Notes: generated from the sequence alone by a model not told the origin. A stretch of DNA of 64,000 nt from a virus (IMGVR_UViG_3300012020_000004:18921-82920); one strand, 5' to 3'; positions 28,027-36,798 are shown, counted from the stretch's first letter. Program-made: numbers and translations.

Positions 28027-28571
28027 TTAATAGTCTCCCAAAGTCGGTCAACCTTGTGATGCAGTTCCTCGACGGACCCACTATTGCTGAGGTGCATGTC
28101 TCCGAACCGAAACTCGATGCCGGCCTCGCTCACGTGAGTGGCGCTGTCGCCGTCCAACCCAACGCCTGGTCGCACGATGTGGATGATGGTTCCACCAAGG
28201 TGCCTGATGGCCTCCGCTTCAACGTCGAACCTGACGTCAGGGACAACAACATGGTCCGTGTCTTGAACAACGGAGTAGCTCAGGAACCAGCGCTTGAGCC
28301 AGATGTCGTCCCCGAACACAGGCTTGGTGGCTTCAGTACCCAGGAGCTGAAGCATGCGTCGGGGGGTCATGCCCCAGTAATCAACGACTGTTTCTTTAAG
28401 TTCCCGGTCAATAAAGTTGACCGGCCCCAGGCCGAAAATACTTGTGGCAGCAGACCTCAGGGCATCAGCGAAAGCGATCTTGATCGCCCCCTCTTTCTCC
28501 CAAAGGTAATCTGCAACAGTGTCTTTTCCAGCCCCTGCCTTGCCGGCGAGACCAATAAGTTTTTTTGACAT
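28023..28571 (-). CDS. Deoxynucleoside monophosphate kinase
   Basis: IGLAGKAGAGKDT P-loop, PRRMLQLLGTE, DVRF. Confidence 0.88.
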   Translation of the reverse strand: MSKKLIGLAGKAGAGKDTVADYLWEKEGAIKIAFADALRSAATSIFGLGPVNFIDRELKETVVDYWGMTPRRMLQLLGTEATKPVFGDDIWLKRWFLSYSVVQDTDHVVVPDVRFDVEAEAIRHLGGTIIHIVRPGVGLDGDSATHVSEAGIEFRFGDMHLSNSGSVEELHHKVDRLWETIK

Positions 28572-28591
28572 ACTTATTCTCTTTAGAAGCG

Positions 28592-29410
28592 CTAGTTGAA
28601 CAATGACCGCCAGATCCGGCTGCGTTGATTTTGGTCTGGCTCCAAAACTCGACTTTCGAGTTTACCGAATATCTGCTCGAACCGAGAGGTTGTTAGCTTC
28701 TTCGGGACCATCTTTTTGTACAGCTCCCCCACGGGGTCGATGGATGTGTAGATGATCTCCCCGAGGAGGTCTATGCCTGCCTCGTCGTTTGGAAACTTCA
28801 CCCACCTGGCCATTGTTGACCACGGCGAAGACCTGTAGGCCCTCAACATCTCCAGGGCGCGCACTGCTTCGGGCTTCTCCAGTACCTGGGCACGTTTGTA
28901 CAGCGCAACGAACCCTCGTTCTCGGCAGGAAGTCTCCACGGGGGTCATGGCCGCAGCAAGGTCTATCTCCAGGTCTGTGTTGACGTTGTACCCATAGACC
29001 TTGGTGCCATCTATGCCATACGTGTACTCGCCCATCACCACCATCCGATTAGCCTCGGCGTCGAACTCCAGTTCGCTGCCGTCCTGCGCTCCGGCCAGAA
29101 ACATGAGCCGTGTTAAATCCCTGCCAATGAAAAGCCTGGTGGACGCCCCCAACTCAGATACTGGGTCAGCCTCAAATTCACCCCTGAGACTCAACACCAG
29201 GTTGTCAAACGCCCGAGCTAGGGCACAGCTACTCTGTACCCCCGGGGGGAGCGCAAGTGCGGGGAGCTTCACCCCGCCGTACTCTTCGTTAGTGAGAAGA
29301 CTTGGTGGGGTGAACCTGATAGCCTTGGGAAGGCCCTTGGGGTAGGTCCACCCATCGAGGTCAATACGCAGGGTCTTTAGAACCCTATTCACCTCAGGGG
29401 GCAATCTCAT
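28592..29410 (-). CDS. Hypothetical protein
   Basis: 272-aa ORF, coupled to upstream gene. Confidence 0.7.
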   Translation of the reverse strand: MRLPPEVNRVLKTLRIDLDGWTYPKGLPKAIRFTPPSLLTNEEYGGVKLPALALPPGVQSSCALARAFDNLVLSLRGEFEADPVSELGASTRLFIGRDLTRLMFLAGAQDGSELEFDAEANRMVVMGEYTYGIDGTKVYGYNVNTDLEIDLAAAMTPVETSCRERGFVALYKRAQVLEKPEAVRALEMLRAYRSSPWSTMARWVKFPNDEAGIDLLGEIIYTSIDPVGELYKKMVPKKLTTSRFEQIFGKLESRVLEPDQNQRSRIWRSLFN

Positions 29411-29760
29411 TTGAGCGCCTCCCGTACTGCAGAGTCTTCGGCCTCCGTATTCCTGTTGTTGGCGTGCTCTGTGTTAAACCTCAGGTCAGGGTATCGGGCC
29501 TCGAGCTTCTTGATGTTGGCCTCAAGTACTTCTTCCCAGGTGATCCCCATCACTACCATGATAAGGTTCATATACCAGGCGCAATCCCCCATCTCCTTGA
29601 TCAGGACACTTCTGTCAAACTCCTTATCGTGGAAGAGGACCTTCTTCATGTAGTCGACTACTTCACCGGTCTCACCAGCGAGGCCCAGGAGCCCATTCAT
29701 GAGCGTGTCTTTGGTGCCCGCGGTACGCATAGCGAGGGCAGAATAGGTATTGATGTCCAT
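29407..29760 (-). CDS. MazG-like nucleotide pyrophosphohydrolase
   Basis: LGLAGETGEVVD..KK, EMGDCAWY, NIKKLEARYP. Confidence 0.88.
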   Translation of the reverse strand: MDINTYSALAMRTAGTKDTLMNGLLGLAGETGEVVDYMKKVLFHDKEFDRSVLIKEMGDCAWYMNLIMVVMGITWEEVLEANIKKLEARYPDLRFNTEHANNRNTEAEDSAVREALK

Positions 29761-29787
29761 GTTGCTCTTCTTTTAGTGTGGGCAAGG

Positions 29788-29816
29788 AAAAGCCCCTGGT
29801 TTCTACCAGGGGCTTT
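29788..29816 (-). terminator. Rho-independent terminator (potentially bidirectional)
   Basis: AAAGCCCCTGG-TAGAAA-CCAGGGGCTTTT. Confidence 0.8.
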
Positions 29817-29840
29817 CTTCATGCAGGGAGAGGGCCTGGA

Positions 29841-30116
29841 TCAGGCATTCTCGGCAAGCCAAAGTTCGATGGCCTTACGGGCGGGGCCGCGGCCGGCGTT
29901 CTGCTTCGTCTTCTTCTCCTGCTCACCCTTCTCGTTCAGCTTCGGGGTGCCGTCTTCGTTGAAGACCAGCTCCGGCGCCGGGATCGGGAAGTGGGTGTCG
30001 ATGAACGCTTCGATCTTGGCCTTATGCTGGATGCCAGCTTCGTGGCGGGCAGCGTCCTGCTCCGACTCGAACACTTCACCATCGGAGGTCTTGAAAACTT
30101 GCATTGCCTGAACCAT
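29841..30116 (-). CDS. Hypothetical protein
   Basis: 91 aa, AAGGAAA SD, clean codon usage. Confidence 0.7.
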   Translation of the reverse strand: MVQAMQVFKTSDGEVFESEQDAARHEAGIQHKAKIEAFIDTHFPIPAPELVFNEDGTPKLNEKGEQEKKTKQNAGRGPARKAIELWLAENA

Positions 30117-30178
30117 GGTATTTCCTTGCGCGGGGTATTTATGGAGTTCCTGTGCTGCCCGCTATTTCAGCATCAGGA

Positions 30179-30862
30179 TTACTTGAAACCGAGGTTACCG
30201 AGGCTCGCCCTGAGGTCAGGGTCGAGGTTGTCCAACTTGAGAAGCCAGGTTACGTAGCTCGGGGGAAGATCCTTGAGCGGCGTCCCCTTGTGCTTGCCGA
30301 ACGTCATCTTGGTCATCTGGATCGGCGTGTTTGCCGCCTCGAACAGATCCCAGAGGGTGTAACCGAAGTCCTCCGTCATCTTTCCGAGAAAAGACATGAG
30401 AATGATCATGTCCCCGTCCGCAGAGTGGAAGCGATCTTTGTCGACGTCCAACTCTAGGGCATATACTAGCGTAGCCAACTTATGGTTGTCAACATCCGGG
30501 TATAGCTTACGCGCAAGTCGCAGCGTGCACATCTGCGGCGTGGCGTCCGGGAGGTAGGGCCCGAGGTAGCGAAAATCGAAGGGGGAGTTGTGGGCTGTGA
30601 AGATGGCATCGACGCTGCCCAGCTTGTTGCCCAGGACATCGTAGAAATACTCGTCGGCGGTTGGGGCGCTCTCAACGTCTTTCATCGTGATCCCGTGAAC
30701 GGCGCTGGCGCCTGCTGGGATAGGGCGCTCTGGGTTGATCAGGCTGTGGCCCTCGTCAAGGATCTTGAAGTCCTCGTTCATCAGGAGCCATGCCACTTCA
30801 ACCATTCGGTCAGAAGGGCTGACCCCGGTCGTCTCACAATCCGCCAAAAAGTACTGTGCCAT
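30179..30862 (-). CDS. DEDDh 3'-5' exonuclease (ExoX / Pol III epsilon-like)
   Basis: DCETTG, AHNSPFD, HSADGD; C-terminal MTFGKHKG..L..LP.SY. Confidence 0.9.
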   Translation of the reverse strand: MAQYFLADCETTGVSPSDRMVEVAWLLMNEDFKILDEGHSLINPERPIPAGASAVHGITMKDVESAPTADEYFYDVLGNKLGSVDAIFTAHNSPFDFRYLGPYLPDATPQMCTLRLARKLYPDVDNHKLATLVYALELDVDKDRFHSADGDMIILMSFLGKMTEDFGYTLWDLFEAANTPIQMTKMTFGKHKGTPLKDLPPSYVTWLLKLDNLDPDLRASLGNLGFK

Positions 30863-30889
30863 TTTGTAGTTCTTCTTGTTGTGTCAACT

Positions 30890-30965
30890 TGGCCTGCCCG
30901 GTAGGGATCGAACCTACGACCATCAGCTTAGAAGGCTGATGCTCTTCCAACTGAGCTACGGACAG
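30890..30965 (-). tRNA. tRNA-Arg(UCU)
   Basis: Cloverleaf CTGTCCG.../CGGGCAG-G-CCA, anticodon loop CT-TCT-AA, TTCGA T-loop. Confidence 0.95.
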
Positions 30966-30970
30966 AAAAT

Positions 30971-31046
30971 TGGTGCTGGCAGCAGGACTCGAACCCGCGA
31001 CCTTCGACTTACAAAGACGCTGCTCTACCATCTGAGCTATGCCAGC
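30971..31046 (-). tRNA. tRNA-Thr(UGU)
   Basis: GCTGGCA/TGCCAGC-A-CCA, loop TT-TGT-AA, TTCGA T-loop; two anticodon stem mismatches. Confidence 0.9.
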
Positions 31047-31440
31047 AGCGCCCGTCTTTCCGGGCCGTCACCACAACCCGCCGCGGCGAGCTTGTCATCC
31101 CATGTCCTTGGCAGGTGGTTCGCCAGTGGTATCCCGCATGGTAGGGGCTGCTTCAACCCGACGCAGGCTTTGCAGATCTTCCAGAGGGCTTTCGCCTTGT
31201 GCGTCTCTGAGTACTTGTATGTGGACACCTAACGATTTGTTCCGTCACGCGCTTAACTGTGACTCGCTGGTACCCACACGACTGACGGCTGACCCAACTT
31301 GCTGAAGGTTGGTGGTATTTCAGGTCCCTAACGTGTTTCGGGATTGCAGCCCCTACTTCCATCACTGGGTACGTTGCCTTCCCGTCTTACCGGGGGCGTA
31401 TCAGCTTCAGCCGTCATGCGTGTGGGCCCTCGAGGCTATT
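31047..31440 (-). ncRNA. Candidate large structured non-coding RNA
   Basis: Long-range stems (31273-31292 with 31407-31426; 31141-31151 with 31346-31356), twin CCCG-GWAAGA-CGGG hairpins, GNRA hairpin; no convincing ORF; abuts tRNA-Thr. Confidence 0.6.
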
Positions 31441-31479
31441 TGGTACACGCCGCCTCGAGGCTCTGGGCGTGGGGGAGGC

Positions 31480-32001
31480 CTAATAGTGCAGTTGTCGTGG
31501 GGGGTCTGGGTGAAACTTAGACGCCTCGCCAAACATGGCAACATGCGCTACCTTGAAAGCCCCGTGGGCTTCGTCAGGAGTGTCGAACGTTCCGATGTAC
31601 GTTCTTCTCCTGTTTACGTGTATGGCCGCAACGTAACGGCCAAAAGGCGTCTTCGTGACCCCCGGGAGGATTGGGTTACGCCTCCCATCTCCACCTGCGA
31701 GATTCTCCGTGCGGTTAACCAGACGTAGGTTCTCGATACGGCTGTTGCTTCTGTCCCCGTCTTTGTGGTCGATGTCCAAGTCCTTCGGGGGCAGCTCCCC
31801 GTGGTGGTAGAGCCAAACCAGGTGGTGAATCAGATACCTCCTACCGAAGATAGAGATTGACCTGTAACCCTCACCACCTTTACTCCCAGCCGACTGGCCT
31901 GCTTTAGCCCTGTGACTTGTAGGGGCCACCCAGATGAGGTGTCCTGACTCCTGGTCATATCTCATGTGGCTCCGCAGAGCCTCTTGGGTTAAAGCAGGCA
32001 C
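31480..32001 (-). CDS. HNH endonuclease with C-terminal AP2-like domain
   Basis: HHLVW, IDHKDGDRSNSRIENL; GV...GRYVAAI...YIGTFDT.DEA. Confidence 0.9.
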   Translation of the reverse strand: MPALTQEALRSHMRYDQESGHLIWVAPTSHRAKAGQSAGSKGGEGYRSISIFGRRYLIHHLVWLYHHGELPPKDLDIDHKDGDRSNSRIENLRLVNRTENLAGGDGRRNPILPGVTKTPFGRYVAAIHVNRRRTYIGTFDTPDEAHGAFKVAHVAMFGEASKFHPDPPRQLHY

Positions 32002-32010
32002 AGATCAACC

Positions 32011-32784
32011 TCACTTGGCCACGTGGAAGCTAAAGTTACTGTACTTGTTGCTGCCCTTAGAGCGGGCAACCGCCTCGACCTCCACTACATCCGAGACGCT
32101 CTTCACGACACCCTTGGCCAGCAGCACGCCCTGGGTCTGGCAGAACGCGGCGAACTGGCCGGCAGAGGTCTGGGACAGCTGCACGACCACCATCTTGCGC
32201 TCCTCCTCCGGGATGTCGCCCTTCTTCTCCGTCCAGGTCAGCATCCCGAACAGGTCGATGTACATCGACTTGTTGGCCTTGTCGTAGGCGTGGGTTTCCT
32301 TCAGGTCCTGGAGGTACTCCTCCACCGTGACATCCTTACCGTAGACGGTCTGGTTGTCATAGGTGTTGGCCAGGTACTGCTTGGACTCCTCATAGCCCGG
32401 GTCCTTCGACTGCAGGCCGGGGCTGAGAATCCAGCGGTAGTTCCACGAGATGATCTCGACACGGCAACGGGTGCCGAGGCTATCGTTGCCGATGTAGCAG
32501 GCGCCCTGCTCAGCCTTGACACGCTCGACGGCCATGGACAGGCCGACGACGGTCTCGATGTCGAAAGCGTCTTGCTTGTCGGCGTAGATCGGGGGGAACT
32601 TCGCCGGGGCGCGGGCGGCGCCAACAGCAGTCGTCTGGGCGACGACGGGGACGGAGGCCTGAGCGACCTCGGGGGCGGGAACACCAACAGCGTGGGCTTC
32701 GGCGGTCATGGTGTCAACTTCCTCATCAGTTTCGAACGGGGGCAGGGTCTGGGTCTGGGTCTGGATTGCGTCTTTGAGTGCCAT
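32011..32784 (-). CDS. Hypothetical protein, possibly ssDNA-binding/replication accessory
   Basis: 257 aa, strongly biased codons, own promoter, lies next to primase; function inferred only. Confidence 0.6.
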   Translation of the reverse strand: MALKDAIQTQTQTLPPFETDEEVDTMTAEAHAVGVPAPEVAQASVPVVAQTTAVGAARAPAKFPPIYADKQDAFDIETVVGLSMAVERVKAEQGACYIGNDSLGTRCRVEIISWNYRWILSPGLQSKDPGYEESKQYLANTYDNQTVYGKDVTVEEYLQDLKETHAYDKANKSMYIDLFGMLTWTEKKGDIPEEERKMVVVQLSQTSAGQFAAFCQTQGVLLAKGVVKSVSDVVEVEAVARSKGSNKYSNFSFHVAK

Positions 32785-32944
32785 TTTGGTTTCCTCAGCG
32801 GATTAAAATCCCGGTTGCCCGGGTGAAGCTCGCAACTTCTGCGAGGGAAGCTCGCATGAGTCTGCGAGGGAAGCGAAGGGCTGCGTATGACTTATTTGTC
32901 TCTGCAGCCCCTCTACTTTTTGTGGGCCTCGGCCCTATGGCTGC

Positions 32945-32973
32945 ACTGTAGTACTGGCCATATCGTCTGTCAA
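32945..32973 (-). promoter_or_regulatory. Sigma70-like promoter
   Basis: TTGACA-N17-TACAGT just after primase stop. Confidence 0.8.
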
Positions 32974-32987
32974 CTTTTTCTTGTTCC

Positions 32988-35924
32988 TTACATCTCGAAA
33001 GGCTCGCACCCGTCCTCGGCCAAGGTGTCGCAGTTGAACCTGAACAGGGGTTCGAAGGGGTTGCGGTAGATAGGCGAGTCCTCACAGGTTCTTGTGATGA
33101 GGCCGTTGTACCGCTCCATCGCTGCAATGAAGGCCTTATCAGTGTCGAAGAGCACCTCCTGCTTGAGGCTCAACTGATACCGGACATACTTGGCGTACGC
33201 GGGCCGCAGCTTGAGGTCCAGCACCATGCCGTCCGTCACGTAGTCGACGCCCTTCACAATCTGGTACTGAGCGTCCGTGTTGCGTGTAAGGTGGCCCATG
33301 ACGTCAAGGACCTTGGCTGCCTCCGAGATGACCTTCTGGGTGCTGGTCAGCGCTGACTCGATCACCGCCTCTTTCATGGCCTCAATGTTGTCGGCGTACC
33401 TGTCACCGAACACCTCGGAGAGGGTGATGCCCATGAAGTCAAGTCCGGTCAGAACGACGCTGTAGTTGTGCCAGGGGCGGTTCTGGTCCTCATAGACGCG
33501 ACGGCTCACGCGGGACTTGAACAGGTCTCGGTACTTGGCCACCGAGTCGCGCACGAGGTCGGGCTTGATCGCCAGGGCCGCGTCGATCATGGAGCGCCCG
33601 AGCCATGAGATGGGCCCACCCTGTCGCCTCGCGTAGCAGTACTCGAACTCGTCGCTGCGCCCGTCCCTGTCCTCTTTGCTGAGCGGCGTGGAGACGCAGC
33701 GCTCCAGGATGGCGGACTGTGACTCGAGGGCCTCGCCAATGAACATGATCGGGGCGACGTTGTCGTAGCCGTTGACAACGGTCCCGCCACCGGCCACGTC
33801 CCGGTTCACCGAACCGCGCTCCAGGCGCTCCCCGTTGTAGTTGGTCCGCAGCAGGTTCTGCACCTGGTCCAGTTGAAACTTGGCCATCTGTCGCGGCTTG
33901 AGCTCTTCGAAGATGACAGGCAGGCTCGCGCTCTGCGTCACCGCCGCCACCATCGGAAAGAACGTGTTGCCCGCTGCCGAGATCTTCTTCGGCATTTTCA
34001 GGTGGTAGTGCATGTGGGAGAACAGCTCGACCGTCTGCGTCTTGCCGGCGCCAGCCTGGCCCCACACCTGCAGCAGCGGGAACGCTTTCCAGTGGAAGCG
34101 GACCAGCTGGGTCAAGAACGCCGCCGAGAACCAGCCAGCGATCTTGCCGATGTTCACGGGGGTGTTGATGCGCCACAACTTGTCGAAGAACTCCCGTGTC
34201 TCAGGGGTGTCCTCAAGTCGGGGGGCTGACAGGATGTCGGTTCGGAACGCCCCCATCTCATCGTGCATGCCCCTAAACCTGTAGCGGCGCTCTTTTGGAG
34301 ACAGGCACTGCTCAGCGCAGGCGAAGATGATGTCGATATCGTCTACCGTCTTTGCTCCTGGGTAGATGACGAGGTCTACCCCTTCCCTCGAAGTAACAAT
34401 CATTTTCTTTGCCTTTGTATCAGTGCGGCGCCGGAAGGCCTCAAGCAGGTGACTGACAAGTAGGTCAGTGGCGTTCTGCCACGTTGCGAAACCGTTGACC
34501 CAATCGTTAAAAGAAGCCTTGGTCCTGAGGTTGCTCAAGGTTACGTAGGCTGGTCCGATCTCTTTGCCATGCAGGAAAGCAGTGAACTCGAAGCCCACGT
34601 GCTTGCCCTCCTTTGTGACAAGGCTGCATGGCTTGGAGATCCCGATGGGGCATATCCGCTTTGTGCCCTCCTCAGTAATGGCGAAGATCCCGTTGGGCCC
34701 GAACTCCACGAGCGCCCCGGACTCCCCGTCCTGCTTGGACTGCTGGTAGACGTCGGCGTCGTGGGTCTCGTCCTCAGCGCCAGTACCGCCCTCATCAGCC
34801 TGCGCTGTAGGCTCGTCCTCGACGTCAGGGGCCACGGCGCCGGCCCAGTCGAGGTCGGCGGTGTAGGTCCCCTTGGCGAACAGGCTCTTGACCCCGCCCA
34901 GGCTGAACTCATAACATGGATTTTCCCACTGATATCGGTACTGATTACGTAGTTCAGCCTCCCTCAGGCGTACTGACCCGTATCTGCTAGAGTCCCCTTG
35001 GTGGCTATCAATAAGCCCCCTAGCCTCCTCAACCATCTGGTCTTCAGTCTTACCCAGGGCAATGGCAAATGATGCCAGTTGCAGCGCGATCTGGTTCCAC
35101 CCCACACCAGGACGCACGCCCTCGCCGGTCAGCAGCAGCTTGACGCTGTCCGGGAACTGGCCGGCGAACCGCGCCATCTGCTCGTGGTTGACCTTCTTCG
35201 ACTTGCGGCGCTTGGCGCCGACCTCGACCCGCTCCTTGGCCAAGGCGTAGAGCAGCGAGAGCTTGGCGTTGGTGGAGGGCGGCGTGACGGGCAGCGGCGC
35301 CCGCGGCGCAGCGCAGATGGTCTTATATGACTCAGGGGTCGCGGAGAAAAACTCATCAACCGTGACCTGGACCTTGTACAGCCCATTACTACGCTTAACG
35401 TTAGGTGTGGACCAGAGTCTCCCGCGCTTCGCAGAAAAAACCCGGAGGTCTAGCGTGTCCACATACGTGGACATCGCTATCTCCTTAAAAATAGCGGGCA
35501 GGTTTGCTATACCTGCCGCGGGAATCTTGTGCGTGAAGCACAAGAGTGGGATTTCTATGTGACACCCGCGACTCCCTGTGAACCACAATCGAGCTTGGCT
35601 CAAATCAAAGTCGTGCTCGGACTGAAGCTTGGACAGATAGACACGAGCCTGTGTCAGAACTTCCTGGAGGTCTTCAGAGTCAAAGTCTGTATAGAACCCG
35701 TAAGGGGCGGAGTATTTTACAGCCGCTAACTCTTCAGCTGACAGAGTATCTGTAAAGCTATTGTCTACGTCTAGCACCGATACAAGGGCTGGGCGTACTT
35801 TTTCTACAATGTTTGTACGTTCTGAGGCCAGGGCGAGCTGCCACTGCCCCTTGGCTCGTTCTTGCTGATAAAAGAAGTACACGTTCGCCCTCTTATTCTT
35901 TTGGCGCGGTGGGTGCGAGGTCAA
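32988..35924 (-). CDS. Primase-helicase (AEP-like primase fused to P-loop helicase, DUF927-like)
   Basis: FYTDFD and FTGSRGCHI primase motifs; GQAGAGKT Walker A, PVIFEE Walker B. Confidence 0.85.
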   Translation of the reverse strand: MTSHPPRQKNKRANVYFFYQQERAKGQWQLALASERTNIVEKVRPALVSVLDVDNSFTDTLSAEELAAVKYSAPYGFYTDFDSEDLQEVLTQARVYLSKLQSEHDFDLSQARLWFTGSRGCHIEIPLLCFTHKIPAAGIANLPAIFKEIAMSTYVDTLDLRVFSAKRGRLWSTPNVKRSNGLYKVQVTVDEFFSATPESYKTICAAPRAPLPVTPPSTNAKLSLLYALAKERVEVGAKRRKSKKVNHEQMARFAGQFPDSVKLLLTGEGVRPGVGWNQIALQLASFAIALGKTEDQMVEEARGLIDSHQGDSSRYGSVRLREAELRNQYRYQWENPCYEFSLGGVKSLFAKGTYTADLDWAGAVAPDVEDEPTAQADEGGTGAEDETHDADVYQQSKQDGESGALVEFGPNGIFAITEEGTKRICPIGISKPCSLVTKEGKHVGFEFTAFLHGKEIGPAYVTLSNLRTKASFNDWVNGFATWQNATDLLVSHLLEAFRRRTDTKAKKMIVTSREGVDLVIYPGAKTVDDIDIIFACAEQCLSPKERRYRFRGMHDEMGAFRTDILSAPRLEDTPETREFFDKLWRINTPVNIGKIAGWFSAAFLTQLVRFHWKAFPLLQVWGQAGAGKTQTVELFSHMHYHLKMPKKISAAGNTFFPMVAAVTQSASLPVIFEELKPRQMAKFQLDQVQNLLRTNYNGERLERGSVNRDVAGGGTVVNGYDNVAPIMFIGEALESQSAILERCVSTPLSKEDRDGRSDEFEYCYARRQGGPISWLGRSMIDAALAIKPDLVRDSVAKYRDLFKSRVSRRVYEDQNRPWHNYSVVLTGLDFMGITLSEVFGDRYADNIEAMKEAVIESALTSTQKVISEAAKVLDVMGHLTRNTDAQYQIVKGVDYVTDGMVLDLKLRPAYAKYVRYQLSLKQEVLFDTDKAFIAAMERYNGLITRTCEDSPIYRNPFEPLFRFNCDTLAEDGCEPFEM

Positions 35925-36769
35925 ATCTTGCCACGGGCAATCCAGTCAGTCAGAGTCCGTCTATGTACTCCTAGCTTCCTGGCTAGTTGGGATACTGTTA
36001 GCTTCTCCCCTCCGTACTCTACGTAATGGCACGACCTTCGGTTGTTGTTCTGCTGTTCCGCCGTGCCCCACCTGCAATTATCAGGCGTATAGCCGAGGTT
36101 GTTGTCGATCCTGTCTATTGAGTACCCCGAACCAGGGCTGGGCCCCATGTCCGAATAGAACACCTCGAAAGACTCCTTCCACCTCTCACAAACAGTGATG
36201 CCACGGCCACCATAATCCTGGAAAGACTTGTGCTTTGGGTTTAGGCAACGCCTTAACATAGCCCTATAGGCCCTATACTCCCTGGAATTATACATCCCGT
36301 GTGTAACGTATTTAGGTTTTAATAGGTTCTCTCTATTGAGGCAGCCGCATGACTTCGTGGCGCCCTGCCGTACTGCGTAGAGCCTGCCAACCCACACACT
36401 TCCGCAATCACAAGAGGCGGTAACCGTGGGGAGCAGTACATCTCTGCCTCTCTGTTTAGAGTGAACCCTAACCCACTCGTCTCTTGGCTGAATGGCCAGG
36501 ATTGTGAGCCTGCCATACTTTTTTCCTACTTCGTCGCTGTGCTCCGCATATTTGTGCGAGCAGCCACAGCTAGTTGTGTTGCCTGTCTTTAGCGCGTTCA
36601 GCTTTCCTCTCCAAACCCCACCACACTCACATCTCGCCTCGACTACCGGCCGCAAATACTTGGCGTTAGGCATAAAGGACCTCCACTCTGACGAGTGGAG
36701 AACCCCGGAGACAGTCAACTTTCCATAGCTTTTTCCGACCTCTGGGAGGTATCGCTCACTCTTGTCCAC
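35921..36769 (-). CDS. HNH homing endonuclease
   Basis: Duplicated YGKLTV..CECG..SCGC modules; DYGGRGITVCERW; SIDRIDNNLGYTPDNCRW. Confidence 0.9.
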   Translation of the reverse strand: MDKSERYLPEVGKSYGKLTVSGVLHSSEWRSFMPNAKYLRPVVEARCECGGVWRGKLNALKTGNTTSCGCSHKYAEHSDEVGKKYGRLTILAIQPRDEWVRVHSKQRGRDVLLPTVTASCDCGSVWVGRLYAVRQGATKSCGCLNRENLLKPKYVTHGMYNSREYRAYRAMLRRCLNPKHKSFQDYGGRGITVCERWKESFEVFYSDMGPSPGSGYSIDRIDNNLGYTPDNCRWGTAEQQNNNRRSCHYVEYGGEKLTVSQLARKLGVHRRTLTDWIARGKI

Positions 36770-36798
36770 GCCGCCCTCCAGGATATTTTTGACTTTTC

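Noticed and set aside
30882-30887. TTGACA in AAGTTGACAC motifs at 30882 and about 42540 as promoters
   Set aside because: No suitable -10 at 30882; at 42540 the spacer is 16 bp and the -10 overlaps the SD/start, so support is weak.
30890-31046. tRNA 3' ends as attP/attL of a prophage
   Set aside because: There is no integrase, no duplicated tRNA fragment and no host genes in the window.
31037-31228. 63-aa GTG-start ORF in the candidate ncRNA
   Set aside because: It overlaps the tRNA-Thr 5' end, has no clear SD, and the region's dense complementarity is better explained by RNA structure.
31047-31480. tmRNA, RNase P RNA or group I/II intron identity for the structured block
   Set aside because: There is no alanyl acceptor/T-arm end, no GAGGAAAGUCC, no P7 R/S elements and no domain V; the TGTACCA at 31441 has no tRNA-like arm.
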